A stretch of DNA of 61,978 nt, filler included, from Choristocarpus tenellus KU-1152 (lineage: Eukaryota; Protista; Phaeophyceae): assembly GCA_964200185.2 (NCBI GenBank). It is 9 parts of 9 records of this genome, joined end to end, with 100 filler letters (N's around TTAATTAATTAA, not from the genome) between each part and the next. Parts side by side here need not be neighbours in the genome. Positions count along the whole stretch, not along the records: positions 11,132 to 18,902 come from CAXNAD020005605.1; positions 19,003 to 22,385 come from CAXNAD020020406.1; positions 22,486 to 29,031 come from CAXNAD020007890.1; 6 more parts are not named here. One strand, 5' to 3'. Under the pieces are notes generated by a model, which worked only from the letters and a program-made list of their open reading frames with translations, did no database searches and was not told where the DNA came from. Positions 13,848 to 28,023 of the stretch are shown one piece after another. Every line of letters starts with the position of its first letter. The first letter of the stretch is position 1. Both the position numbers and the translations under genes were made by a program.

Positions 13848-16800
13848 TCAGGTGCTGACGTAGAACATGGTCTCCTTGATGCTCAGCCACTCAGTCCCGA
13901 GGTTGAGTGCTTCGAGCTTGACAGAGGTGATACCTTGGCGATCAATCTCAATCTCTTCAAACCCATCCGTGTTGCCGGAGCTGGTCCAAGTTGTTTCTGG
14001 ACTAGTATTGCCGTTGAGGTACACACTTAGTGAGCGTGTGCGCTCGTCGCCCAAGTAGAGGGCTGAGGGGGGGACAACAGGAACGGGTAGTGGGCGGAGG
14101 TTACTGGTGGGGTGGGCGGTGATAGTTGCCTGTGGTTGAATTCATGGTATCCGTACGTACGTTGTAAGCTAGAGTTAGATGTGTCCCTTTTTTGCAACAG
14201 CCGGCAGCCAAGTACGGTTTTGGACGTCCATGCAACACCACCAGAACCTACTCTTGTGGATAAGTAAATATTGATGAGGAAACTCACATACAAGGATGCT
14301 GTCAAGGCGGGCACCAGAGGAGAAGTCGTAGGTGATGCTGCACAGCCCTCCTGTGGCATCAGAGTTGATGCACGACCAACGGCTTGCATCGCTTGCGTAG
14401 TTGCCGTCCTGTAGATGGAAGGACGCCGTACAGATGTCAACGCGATCACTTGGTATTATGAAAGGTACTCCAACTGGGATCTTCATACGGACTATTACCT
14501 TTTTCCTTTTCTTCTGAGCAGAATTGCGACAACCCTGATTGTACCCACTACTGAATCTTCACCCTGCATCAGCTAGTGGTCATTATTTATGGGTTGGAAG
14601 CACTTATGTACATCACATATAGTCCCTTACCCTCGAGTTAGAAGCAAGGCACTGGCCGTTGCAGCCAGAATCTGTGCGATCATCGAACCCCGTTGCAGAA
14701 ACAGTTACAGATCTGCCCGAATCGGCAACCTCCTCGCCTCGAATCACCCAAATATCCACCTGCAATTGAGACAGCGAGGTAAGGGGATCGGTGGCATTAG
14801 AGATTGAGGTGGCGAGGGTGGATAACATGTGCCGGATTGTGCATTCCATTCTTCAACGGGTACTTGCTTCAAAGAAGTTTACCACGCCGCGATTTTATAA
14901 AGTGCCCTGAAATGACAGCTGTGCCAAAGTTACCTCCTGGATAGCAAGAAGCGGTCAAGACTCTATACAGCAGTGTGTGTTTCGTGTGTTCTTGTGCGCT
15001 GTAAAAAGGGTTGCTCCTATAAGGTTGGAGAACACAAGACACGAGATGGATGTTATCGTTCTTGCGCTGCAGTGTATGGTTCTTCGAGAAAGGTTTGAAG
15101 AAACACAGTACAAAATGTAATCCAGGCTATGGTGTATGAATTCTCCATGAAAATGACGATATCAAGGATGTCTCTTCCCTGTTTGGTAAACAATAAAATC
15201 ATTTTCTCAAAAGCAATTCAAGATCTACATTTGAGGGCAATACCTGGGACCACCACTACTACGTACCTCAGTGAGGCTGAACCATTCCCCGTCATCGACA
15301 GGTGTGGATACAATGGTGACTTCATCAGTGAGGAAAACTTCTGTTGTCGGGCCAAACTGTTCCAAGTCCAGAGTGTTCCCCGTACTCTCATCATCGATCA
15401 TCCTTGTGCTGTCGCTGTCCACCTCGAATTGGCGCGTGCGTTCATCTCCCAGGTAAAACGCTGGTAGGGGATATCGTCAATCAATGAGGGGGTTATTACT
15501 GTGTGTGTACGCACCAGGTGATAGTAGTTGCGGGATCGTTTAGTCGTAAAGAGGTAAAGATAGAGTGTAAGAGCAGCAGGCCTTATATACGCTGAATTAT
15601 AATTTGGTACTATTGAAATAATGTGTGGAATAGTAAGAACTCGCATTGTGTTTGAAGGAAGACTGACTAAACCCAGAGAGTTCCTCAGGCCCCAGACTGA
15701 CAAGAGATTGGCTTCATTGACTAACTTGGGAGAGCCTTTTGTGAAATTGGCTGCCACCTCCTTATCCAACCCTTCAATGGAGAATGAGAATGAAGCAACA
15801 AAATGGAATTGGAGTTCAGTAAGTTTAATATCTCCTCAGGAGCGTTGATCTAACTGCCAAACAAACCCCTAGAAGGAGATATATAACACATAGGAAGGGA
15901 TGTTCAAACGTAGGGGGGAAAGCTCTTACAAGAGAGCACCTTGCAAGAAAAAGAAATCCCACTCCAGGTTCAGATTTCCTGGGTCATCCCCATCCAAGGC
16001 TACGATTAATTATATCGCATACGGCTACTGCTCTGTACTAAAAACCCCTGAAACGTGGAAGTTCTTGGAATAGCCGTTGTGATAACTTCGGTCCTTTCTT
16101 TATTCCACCTATATGGGAGCTCGCCATTGTACAGAGTACCTGCAGCATGTTCCATGTAGTAAGAAATGAGTGGCGCAGTCCCACTGCAGTTGAGACCTTT
16201 TCATAGTTGGGATCACTCTTAAGGCTTGAAACTTTCTAACACTCCTGCTTGCTATCTCGTTCTAATGTCAAAGAATGTTGTCGTACAATGTTGCGACCTT
16301 AACACCAACGATAGAGAAAAATCACCCCTTTCATATAGTAGTAGGGCGAGAGAGGCTTTTCATATAGGGTTGTGCTAGGTTTGTGCTAAGTGGACAAATA
16401 GGCGGAGAAAGAAAGAGGAGGCATGAATGTGTGCATGATGAGAACGACAGTTGACCCCTGCTGCATAGAAAATGCATCGATCAAAAAACGCGAACAAAAT
16501 GTTGACCACGAAGGGAACCAGTCAAACAACCACATCTCACCAACATCTATGCGCCTGAAAGGTTGAGGTGTGCCAAAACTGTATGTGATGGAGCATTCAT
16601 TGACCCCGAGAGTTCTGGAACAAGACCACCTTGATGTTGGAGTCAAGCTTCCATCCTGTGAAGCGTTTGGGGGTGGTTGGTCAGGAGATGGTTGCGAATT
16701 ATACGGTTGAAACGCACAGCTCGTTTCATGTTGATGAACGACAACACGTCTCTCTCTCAATTGATATTGGCTGTGTCTGTGAAGCCGATAAATACTGGTC

Positions 16801-17145
16801 GCTCACTGACGCACTCACCCTAGACAAAGCAGGAGTGCAACCGCTTGGATTGCAGCCACTGTTGTCTTGCAAACGTGGATCGAACGCCGTGGCAGAGGAC
16901 CCCACCTGACCCTTGGTTCCGACCTCGACCCATACGCCTGAAAGTGACAAGTATATATATTATGGTGTCTTAGAGATGCATCAGCTATAGCTTTTTTTAC
17001 CAGCTTTGGGTACGTGTAATTCGTCGAACATGAAAACTAGTGAAGACGTTCGAAACAGTGTACTTTAGTACGAACCTGTTGTGCAATGGGTGTAGAGGGC
17101 GGTCAACAGACCAAGGAGCACGGGTCGAGAGCGTAGCAGAGTCAT
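13848..17145 (-). CDS. Secreted 320-aa protein with two tandem discoidin/F5-8 type C (CBM32)-like domains
   Basis: Seven exons in phase: 17076-17145 (MTLLRSRPVLLGLLTALYTHCTT signal peptide-like), 16819-16937, 16541-16655, 15267-15460, 14631-14759, 14288-14408, 13848-14062; total 963 nt. Repeated motifs GC..C, SRWSC, CSITY, (F/L)YLGDERTR, EW(F/L)S(L/I)xE. Confidence 0.85.
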
Positions 17146-18376
17146 GTTAAGGTAAGGTATTTTCCTTAAGGGAGTGGAGGATCAACTGATAGTAGTAGGA
17201 GAGAGGGAGTTGTCCTTGATTTTAAAGGTGTGTGTGTGTGTTTGTGTGCTGCAGACTGGTGAGGTGGGTGAGAGGGACCAAGATATGGATGGGACAGTTT
17301 TTCGACAAGCAAATACATATTATTCTTCGAAATGTACCAAAAAAGGATTGCAAGCGATGTGGTGCAGATTTAACGGATGAGACCAACTGCCACCAAAAAA
17401 AGAGTGCCACTCCGAAAAACCATAAACTATTCTACAAAGATACTTGAAATTAGTTTGTTTCTATAATTGTTGTACATTATTCCATCTATGCATAAAAACA
17501 ATATTACTAGTATATATGCGATAATACTACTTCTTGGAATTTCGACTTCATTAATCCATGAACCAGTCATCAGACCCCTTCATTCACTTGGGAAACGGGT
17601 GACCATACAATCCGGATTCTAGAAATTTCCTGACTTAGACAGAGTAATAAGTTAGGGGTCGATGGATGAAGAACAATGTCATAAACCTTTCTTGTCCTGT
17701 TGTTGTGTACCACCCACTAAATCCAACACAAATCCTTTTGAACACAGAGCGATCCCAATTCAACACCTGGAATATTAAAATAGTGATGTTTGAACAGGTA
17801 TTACTGAATTTGCCAGGGTGGAATAAAACAGGCATTTTGTGTTCCTTTCCTGGAGTTTTTTGTTAGTTAGTTAGGGAGGAGGCGATCAAATATAGTATCG
17901 CAACACACCACCCAGACATCTCTTTTTCAATCTCCTTTGGTTTGCTCCTTCCCGACTTCACAAACACCATAACGCGAGCAGGGTCCGAACTACTAGTGTC
18001 GGAGGGCCTTCCTTCCCAGTCCCTATAAACAATTGTCGTTGGGCCATCACCATGTGCAATTTCTTGCTTGCATTCATTATCCTGGATAATTGCTCCAAGC
18101 TCTCTTGAAGCATTACATCAAATGTATCACCATACAGTCCCAGCAAGAGCACACGATACGTCTTCTCATCTGGGGCCATCATCTACTTATTGATTGCGCA
18201 CTTTTCGGTCGCGCACCTCGTCGGCATTCAGAAATGGGGACACCACAAATCAGTTGCACCGAACAGTGGTGAATATATGCCCAAGTTCTCGAAACAAACA
18301 AGTTAGAAACTATGCTTGTATGTTCAATAAATTAACGGCGAACCTTCATGGACACCAACTGTAGTATCAACGACTG

Positions 18377-21300
18377 ATGCTGCCTATGGTAAGGAGGTCC
18401 TTGCTTGCCCTCCCTCGAACAACAAGAGGACGCAACCTTCCCTCCTCCAGCAGCTGTCTCGCTGGGGGTGGCAGCAGATCCACCATTGGGGGTTCTCCAC
18501 CCACCAAATCATGCGTTTTGTTCTCATCTCTACGTATCAAGAGAGACGAGACACCACAAACCCTGACCCCTGCACCATTTCCTCATCTTACGACGACCAC
18601 GTACCTTTCTGCTTCTCTTCGACTACCCACTTTACAGCGTAAGGTCAATCCGTGTCTCTACCCAAGTTGGTTTTGTTAACACATACTCAAGAGATGCAGG
18701 TTCTATTGTGATTCAGAAGCTAATGATACCAGAGATTGGAAGTTGGTTTGAGGTTTGTCGATCTATAAGACCATCCAATCAATGATTGGCAATAACACAC
18801 GTTTGAACCAACCCAAGAAAGACCCCAGATTTGTGGAAAATGTCACGCAATCACACAAAGTACTGAACGTTGCAGTGAAAGACCCAAAGTATCTGGGAGG
18901 GGNNNNNNNNNNNNNNNNNNNNNNNNNNNNNNNNNNNNNNNNNNNNTTAATTAATTAANNNNNNNNNNNNNNNNNNNNNNNNNNNNNNNNNNNNNNNNNN
19001 NNCCTCTTTGTTCGTGCCTCCGCTCCCCCCCCCCCCCCCTGCCCCATGTCCCATCTCCCTTCTCGGGTATATATGTATAGTTGATGTCTTGAAATTGCTT
19101 TCTGGACATTTGGAGTTGTATAGTGCGTGCGGTAGTATTGCCCGAACTTTTGGGTTTTGTGAGTACATGAGAGTTTTTGTAGAGATGTTCCGGAATACTC
19201 TGACGTTTGGGTTTGAAGTCTGATGCGCTGATTATTGCTACCATAAAAAGGTGTCAGATACGGTTAGTGTATGCGTTCATTTGCAAAAAAAAAAGTGAAG
19301 ATAGGGCAAGATGATATTTCAGCTATTTTTTTTTTAACATATATATATATTTTTTTACCGTGTCATTTGTGTGCATGTGCGTTGGAGTTCTCACGCTGTA
19401 CTGTCTCTCCTCCCTCCCCCTCTGTCTTTCCCACTTTGCAGGTTCCCAGAGGGTGAGTCTGGCTTGGATGTGTACAACAGAGCCACCTCCTTCATAGCGA
19501 CCATGTTCAGGGACTTTGCCAATGAGGGCATCGCCAGGGATGACCTCAATGTCATCATCATCACACACGGGCTGACTCTTAGACTGGTGAGAGGTGATTG
19601 GACTACGCTTGGGGTTACTTGATAGATGGGGGCTAGATTGAACAGCATTTTTGTTTGGTATATATATATATATATATTCATATGCTTAGACCTTTTTTTA
19701 TTTTGTTGGGTTTGGGCTGGTCTGTGCTGTTTGTTTAGGGTTAGGGTTTTGAGAGAGTTATTGGTTTATTTCATGGGTTGGGGGTTGGTTTTTTTTGGTC
19801 GGTTAGGGGTCTCGGGTTGGACTGCCTTTTTTATGATTAGGGTTGAAGCGAAGGTGAGTGTGTTTATGTGTGAAGGTGAAGGTGAAGGTGAAGGTGTGTG
19901 GTGTGTTGGTTTGTGGGATATGACTGAGGATGTAGTTGATATTATGGATTGAATGGAGCCCGGTTGCATCTATGCTTGAGTTGGACACAAGGGGGACGGT
20001 GAGTATGGTTTTGTAGACAGATAATATGGTTTTTGCTGGGTGTTAGTGGTGACTGCATGCCTGCAGAAATTTGATCGAGGCTGGAGGAAGGGTAGGGGGG
20101 GGGTGTCCCATTAACTGAGAATAAAAAATGTACTACTTTGGGGTGTTAGGTATGTGTATTATTGTTAACCTATCCCTAACCCTACATGATACAAGCAAAT
20201 AGTGTGTAGCATTTTTTGCTATTTTCATTGCCTTTGATGAGAAATGCAAAACGTTACACCCAACATTTCCTTTTTTTTAGAAGTAATTATTTTAGTCATT
20301 TGTGTTCACCTTGCAACAAATTCAGAACGCACATTTAACTAACTGCATGGACACTACGTAGTATCAAGAGAGAAAAAAAAAGAGAAAAAAAAATGTGTTT
20401 CAATGTTACGCTGTATCATGATTGATGCAAAACATTTTTTAGAGAAAAAAAAAACACGCTAATTTTGTATTCCAGTACATTTTTGAGCACCCGAGAGAAT
20501 AATTTCACCTTGGCAAGATCCATAACAAGGTCCATAACAAAGAGAGGAAGAAGAACTAAGAACTAAATTCCGTAACTGGCCTCAGGAGCAGTTCTAGAAG
20601 GGTCCTGGAGACCGAGAGCATGCTTTCTACTCTTTTAGAGAATGTTTGTGTTTAGCTTTGCTCAGCAAGATGGGCTTGGGAATACTACCAGGACTCTTGT
20701 GTGGATTGTTACCCGATGGGGGGATGAGCGACTTGCTATATTGGTGTATTGTTTGAGAGGGTTCTGAGCCCATATGAGCAGTGTTGGTGATGTTGTTTTC
20801 TAGACCTGAGCAACAACAACAAAAATAATGAGCTAGGTGGCAGAGATGAGCCAGGTGCCAGTTAAAGGGTGATACTGTCCCACAGTGTCATAATTATGCT
20901 TGACCATTTGTGATAGTAAGATTCCAAGTCATATTTTATGTATGCACAAAATATGATATGGGACATTGGGTATATTTATGGTTAGGGTGTTTGACTCAGC
21001 ATACCAAATTATTCAACAGTTCTCTATCACACGTCAGAAACACTATGACTCTAATATTCCACAAAGTTGCTTCTGGTCAAATGCCCTAACCCTAAATGTC
21101 CCAAATGTCCTGCATCATCTTTTGTGTGTACATAAAGTATCACTTGGAATCTTGTTCTCACAAATGGTCAAGCATAATCTTGACACACTCCCCTGCTCTG
21201 ACCATGCAGTGAGAATCAAATCAGTCCAAAATAAAATCCTGACTTCAAATCAAGTCAATCTGCAAACTTCGAACCTTATTCACAGCTTGTTCCTTGAACT

Positions 21301-21767
21301 TTGGGGTGTGGTGTAGGCATCGCAGGTGAGAAATAGGTTCAGGACCTGTTTTCTTCTGGTAATTCAGTTGTTGCTGCTCCTCCTATATAGGCCCCTTGTT
21401 GCTTTGGTAGTAACAAACCTGAATAGTAGGATGTATGTAGTAGCAACATGTGTCATTTTAAGGTATCATATGTAACTCTTTGTTGGTAAGTACTTTGCCC
21501 TTTGAAGTGGGAATTTCAGGAGGAGAAAGCATCAGTGCTAGTTAGTTTCCTGTGCTCTTGTTCCCCCACACCTGCTCACATCCTCTATTCCCCTGCCCCT
21601 GTTTGCTCAACCTTCAATTTGATGCCTTGCTTGTGTATGCCACGAATTATTTTATTACACAGCTGCTGATGAGGTGGTTTCAGTACTCCATACATGACTT
21701 TGAGGAGACACTCAACCCCGCTAATGGCGCCTTTGTTGTTATGGAGAGAAAAAGCTCAGAGACCATG
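18377..21767 (+). CDS. Histidine phosphatase / phosphoglycerate mutase family protein (partial, spans a gap)
   Basis: Exons 19442-19586 (FPEGESGLDVYNRATSF..IIITHGLTLRL) and 21663-21767 (LLMRWFQYSIHDFEETLNPANG). 18377-18638 is a plausible first exon encoding an R/S-rich transit peptide (lower confidence, different contig); the RHG exon is presumably in the gap. Confidence 0.8.
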
Positions 21768-21789
21768 GTGTGTGCTCTGATTGGCTATG

Positions 21790-21830
<41 letters not shown>

Positions 21831-22485
21831 GAGACTGTGGTTGGGATTGGATGGTGGTGGATGGTGGGGATGATCTGGGTCTGTAGCTCTGAGCAAGGGT
21901 AGGGAATGAGAGCTGAAATATGACTACTAAATATATATATATATATATATAAATGTATTGCAGGAGGAATGGGTATTTCAAAATGTGATGCCGTTCTGGA
22001 GTACATGTTGTAGTGATTGGTCTGTTGACATGGGTTTAGGTTGAAGTTCCGCAGGGGCCAACTGTCACCAGTCGGAATATGCACTTTGTGTGCAGGACTG
22101 GAGGGCTTCTCCATAAGTTTGGATTGCCAAACCCTTGGCATAGGTTTCGAGAACTGGTTTTGAAACTTTGATCAGTGGGAGGTGGTAACCACCTCCAACT
22201 GCTTTCACTTAGGATAACTTGAAGCTGTGCAGCACATGTAGTATGAATCCAACGGGGTTAGGTACCACCACCTCAATAAACCAACCTTTCCCCTCCCCCC
22301 TCTCCTCTTACCCACTATCCCCCCAATCCCATACTTTACTTTTCACCAGGATCCTCGCTTCCCACTGGCTCCTGGCCCCCCCCGGNNNNNNNNNNNNNNN
22401 NNNNNNNNNNNNNNNNNNNNNNNNNNNNNTTAATTAATTAANNNNNNNNNNNNNNNNNNNNNNNNNNNNNNNNNNNNNNNNNNNN

Positions 22486-25400
22486 ACTCCCTCCGCCCCC
22501 ATCCCCACCCCCACCCCCTTCCCCACCCTCAAAAGAAACTGCTGGTTCAGAAGGCACATCATGCTCCACATCAGGGTAATTTACACGATCAGTCTCATCT
22601 GAGCCAGAAGCCGCAATTGCAGCATTGGCTAATGCAGTTGTCATAGCCGCTGCTGTTGCCCTGGTAGCAGCTGCTTTGCCCTCGAGTTGTGGCTGGGGAG
22701 CTGCAATATCCTTATACACTGGCAACTGCTGGGGTCAGGTGAGGGGGACCCAAGCGAGTAAGAGGAATAACATTGAAATGTTACAGGCCATCAGAAGAGA
22801 GAGGCAAGGCAGCGTAGCCATATGCATCTCTCAAGGGTTGAGTTGACTGAATATACAACAATGGCTTGAAGTCCTAGTTTGAGCAGCAGTGTACAAAAAA
22901 TCTAACAATTTGCATGGGCTCTTGTAACAAAGTAAGTCCACAGGAACTGTGACACGAAATTCTGAATGCTTCAGTAGCCTCGTGTGGTATGAGACAGCTC
23001 ATCCCTTCCTGGTGTGGCATACCAATTGAGGAGGAAAGGGAGGGGAAACACACCTCTCTATCACTTGGTGGTCCTGCAGCGAAAGTCTCCAAGAACTCAG
23101 GAGTCTCCTGTCCCTGATCGATGACCGTGGTGACAACAGGGCCTTCTCCAAAACCCTCATACTCATGCAACCACCGCACCCCCTCAAACATCAACTGCAG
23201 CATTCGAGCTAGAAGGGTATGGAGGGTGTGAGGGGAGAGGGAGGGAGGGCAAGCAATAGACACTTTAGAGCTAGAGAATGTAATCAGGAGCGCAGTGCAC
23301 AAGCGAAGACAAAAAAAAAGCGTAACTATTCCTTGGAACAATTATTGCCATGCATATCATACAGTCACCCAAATCTGGACACATACACATATTTCACATT
23401 GTATCTCTCCACAACACAAGCAGTTCCCTCCTTCATCGCCTGCCCCACTAGAGGCTATGAGAGGAACATCAACCAGTGCTCCAATTACCATGCACTCCCG
23501 CCCCACCCCCACTTCACATGAACCATTAACCCTAAGCAACACAAAGCACTATCCACGCATTTCACTCTCACCCACTTCCCCACTTCCACTACACCTTTGC
23601 TGAGGACTTACGATGACTTTCCGAACCACGCCAGATATAGACCCTCCTTGAGGGACACCGCTTTCCTCCCCCCTCTGTCCCCACTCCTACTCCTGCACAT
23701 TTTCCCTGGTCGTTCACTCTTGTGGTAGATGTTTCCCCTGAACCAGATGCCACTGGAAGTCCACCCATTTCCGCAGCCCCCCCTGTTACTGCCCCTCCTC
23801 CTGCCCCTCCTCCTGCACCCACTTCATCATTACCCTCCTCTGCACACCCCGCCTCTCTCACAAGCTCCGAACCAGAGACAAGGAGATAACAGGTTCGGGC
23901 GTCAAGTGCAGCACTTGAAGGTATCACCAAACGCCTATCCAGGTCTTCAAAAATACACAGCTTCAAGACAACGTCCTCTGGGAAGAGAGGGACATGCCAC
24001 GCTCCTCGAAACATGAAAGGGTTTGGAGGCGGCTGAATGGAGGGTCAAAACAAGGTAGGTGGGGAGGAGATTGGCAGGTCTTAGCGCACATTTATAATCT
24101 GATATATATACTGTGACTGTGAGCATCTGTGACCTTCCATACACACTTTCTAGATTCTAGGAGACAAATTGCAAAACAAGGACTTGGGCTAGGTGCTTGC
24201 ATTTGTGTGATTCTCTGCATGTGAAAGGCAATTTGAAGTAAATCAGGTATCCAAGAGAACAACCCATCACAATCCAAGCAGGGAGAGGAGGAAAAGTAGC
24301 ACAAGTCTTGAAGTCCACTACAGCACTACTTGTCCATTACTGCATTTAAAAAAATATAATGTTTCATCAACCCTATGATATGTATCACCTTCCTAACCTT
24401 AACAGCATGTGTTGCCACCATTAATTCCACTCTCTACATTAATGAAATATCAAATAAACCTGTCATCAGGTCTATCTATGATCACCTTGTGCTCAGCCCT
24501 TACAAACCTTAACCTTAACAAAACATCAACTACCATGTCTCTATTTCTATACATGAGTGTGTTTTCTGTTCATCAGCCATACCTCTCTGTGCTCTAAGCC
24601 AAATGGAATAACTTGCATGCAAATCAGGATACCTATTCCAATTTTTCAATTATTCAAGGTCTTGAACGTCCCTTTGTCTTGGCACATGGAGAATTACACC
24701 AGTGAAATTAGAAAATATTATGGTTAAACTAACAAAAATATTGACTTTCTCAAAAAACATGGAAAACATGTATCACAAGAAAATAGTACAAAACATGATT
24801 CGCTCAAATTTGAAGAGCAATTGTTTCTTCCACCTGCCGTTTCAATTTACGGTCAACGATATCTTGTATACTGTCATTTAAATAATGTTATCTTCAGGTG
24901 AACAGATTCCAAGTTGTTTAGGTAACACTTTGCACACCCCGTGTGTTGCACAGGTTCTTCCCAAGCCCGTTTGGGAGACCTATGACAAATCCCTGCCATT
25001 CTCCCATGCCTCCCACCCCATCCTTGATGCACCTAAATATAACTAATGATCCCACAGCTATCACCCTCTCACCAGCTCTCTCCTTCTTTGCCACTCGAGC
25101 AGGCAGCAAATGAAGCCGGTATTTGGTGCACAGATGGGCCTTCCTTGCCTTACTCGTTGATACGCCTCCTCATAATCCAAACCTCTAGTCAACATCATCC
25201 ATGCTATAGCAAGTGTACATGACCTGCTCGGAGCCAACAGAGGTCAGGGACACAGACATACACAACATATAACAATAAAAAATACTACTACTTTGAGGTA
25301 GGTACTAATACTGCACTTCATAGCATACTTGGCACAACAGAAGTTTCTGTACAATGGTAGACCCATGCAGCCACATTATTAGCGCAAGGGCCCTTGTGAT

Positions 25401-27397
25401 TATTTCTTGAAGTGTACAGGGACAACACATTCCAACCACATGCATACCCTTGCACATCCAGGCAGCTCCAAAAGGTTTCGAACACCTTGAGGCATGATGT
25501 CACAATCAACATATTGTCCCTACAGGTTCAGGGCAGTGGCGTCAGCACACAGAAAAAGCACTGATAGAGCTGTACCAAGGAAGCCCTACAATATTTCTTT
25601 AGCCTCACCCACAGAGCGAAATATCTGTTCTTCAGCATCTTGGAGCATATGGGGGGCGGGGGAGGGAGGGGAAATAACGCCATACCTTGACACCCCTTGC
25701 ACACAGTGTATGAGAACCCTTCCCCCCTTGACGCTGGCAGCCTCCTTGATGAAGTCAAAGGCCGCATATATGAACCATGTGGCATCCTCTGTGCAGTGAT
25801 CATAGAAGTTGAGTTTCATATACTTGTAACGACCAGTCTGTGAACGCATCCAGTGGGCAATTGGAGGTGGGTACGGGTTTAACTAGATGAAGGGGGAAGG
25901 GTGAGGAAGTTTGGTGCTAAGCAGTTAAGGCAGGGACTTCACAACATTAGAGTACAAACCAATTCTCAAAAAATAGGAGGGATATTAATAGGTGGGATTT
26001 GTCCCATAGGACCAAGGTCCAGAAGCTGTCCCTAAGCATCAACCACAAATAGATCCACTGTCCTACCTCTCTCACCCCCCAAGTCCTCTGGAGCCTGCAA
26101 CATATAATTGACCCATACACATCACCCAACAAAACGCAGGCACGCTTGTTGTTCTTCCCTTACAACTATGTCCACTACTACAAAAAGACTCATCACTCAC
26201 GCATTACTACTCGCCGTAGTCAATTCTGCTCCTCCCCAAACCACATCGGGTTATACTCTGCCGCTGTGTTTCTAAAATTGGAAACGCTCTGGAGATGGGA
26301 GTTCAGAATGCACCTCAAGGTGGGGACAACGAAGCAAAAATGGAATGAAAAATGCCTCCCTCTTAAACCTTGCATCCCACTTACATGCTCCAGAAAATTA
26401 GGGCATTGCGGTCCAGCACAGTTGAGGATATGCGTTATGCCAGATCGCGATAACAGCCTCTCGTCTTTCGCTGCCTCCTCTCCCCCAACGTACATAAACG
26501 AGTCCACCACCTAAAACCGAGTTTACAGCAGTACAAAGGATTAACATATAGATCGAACATGGAAAATGGGATGGGAAAACTAGAAACAGTGGGGGAATGC
26601 CTGTGGAGAAGGTTGGACATAAATACATATTTCAAGGATTGGTGATGAGAGTTAACAAGCGGAGAGACTATGGTGGGGGACACTTCTATGGGAATCCACA
26701 AAACCTAACCGACAAAACAGTGAGTCACAACGATAAAGTAGATATTGAGATCCAGCAAGCAATGCCTGCATTTTCAAAATGAGCACTTGGAATAACATCA
26801 AACCTCGACGTCTACATAACATTCGAGTTCTTGTGCCCCTATCTCAAGCTCAAGGGTAGGTCTGGCCAAGGCGGTTCGAACTGATTTGGTCACCTCACTG
26901 CACATATGCCGATATCTCGCTAGTTTGGCTCGTTTCTTCTCCAACTCAGTTGGCACGAACTCTCCACCAGGATCTATTGTGAGCATTCCCGCTCCTAAAC
27001 GGGACAAAATAGCAGGTGTCTCTTGTCCAGCAAATTCCCCATCATCTGACCCCACCGAAGATGCCACACGAAGAATGTCCTCCTTCGCCGGATAGGCCGC
27101 AGTGCTTGTTCCACCGTTTGGTGTGGCAGGTGATGGGGTGGCGGCGGCTCCCCCAGCTTGGGCTACTGGGAGAGACAAAGACAAAGGAGGGCATGGTCCA
27201 GAGACAGCCGGAGATGGGGAAACAAACCGGAACGACTTGGAGGGGCTATCCCCCACTCCAGAGGCTGGGAAAATGGCAGCAAAGTCATCGCACCCTTCCG
27301 CAGCGGAAGTTTCAGGCAAAAATGATGGAGATGGCTTTGGAAACATGGAGCGGGGTGACCCAGGGTGCTCCAAGCTTAGGAGCCCCGGCGACCGCAT
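22486..27397 (-). CDS. Dual-specificity (MAP kinase) phosphatase, plant MKP1-like, with gelsolin-like region; 3' end truncated
   Basis: In-phase exons 26894-27397, 26385-26510, 25686-25837, 25073-25223, 23595-24032, 23054-23194, 22486-22725. Catalytic HCVQGVSRS, RPICAPNTGF; then LDARTCYLL, VYIWRG, DQGQETPEFLE. Start codon uncertain. Confidence 0.9.
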
Positions 27398-28023
27398 CGG
27401 AAGTGAGCAGTTAACGGGTGAAACTTCGTCAATCCGGGATATGTAGCACACTCCGTCAGGATAGGATGGGGTTGGTGTTGTGCTTTATGCTTATCTCTCT
27501 GCACCTCCCAACCCCTCCCTCTCTATTGAACAGTCAAACGCATTGTGCGACATTTACTCTTAATCATATCTTATTGGTTAAATGTATACAGGTTTACAAT
27601 ATTTTTTATCACCATACACATTTTGTAAGATGTTGTCAGAGGAGGAACAAGAACTGAGAGAAATACAACGAACACAGGATCAAACAAACAATTGGAAAAC
27701 GTAAAAAACGTAATAATATTAGTAATGAGTATAATACCATTTGTAAAACTACCAATACATGTATTCTTACCTATTTTTATATGTGTGTCGTGTAGTATAG
27801 TAAATAGAAAAAAATCTTTCATTTGTCGTAAGAAAATGTGGAAGATACCTCTCCAAACTATTAATAATATGTACTTTTTACTGCTATTTGAATACTAAAG
27901 TACACTCCCTCTACCGTTTGTTTTTAATAGTAAGTTTTCAAAATGACCTCTCACATTTTGGGGAGGTGCCAGGGAAAAACCCAAACAAAGGTCAACAAAA
28001 ATAGCAGTTGTAAATGTGAACGA

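Noticed and set aside
17958-18272. Short ORFs upstream of the PGAM-family gene
   Set aside because: No recognisable motif or exon structure.
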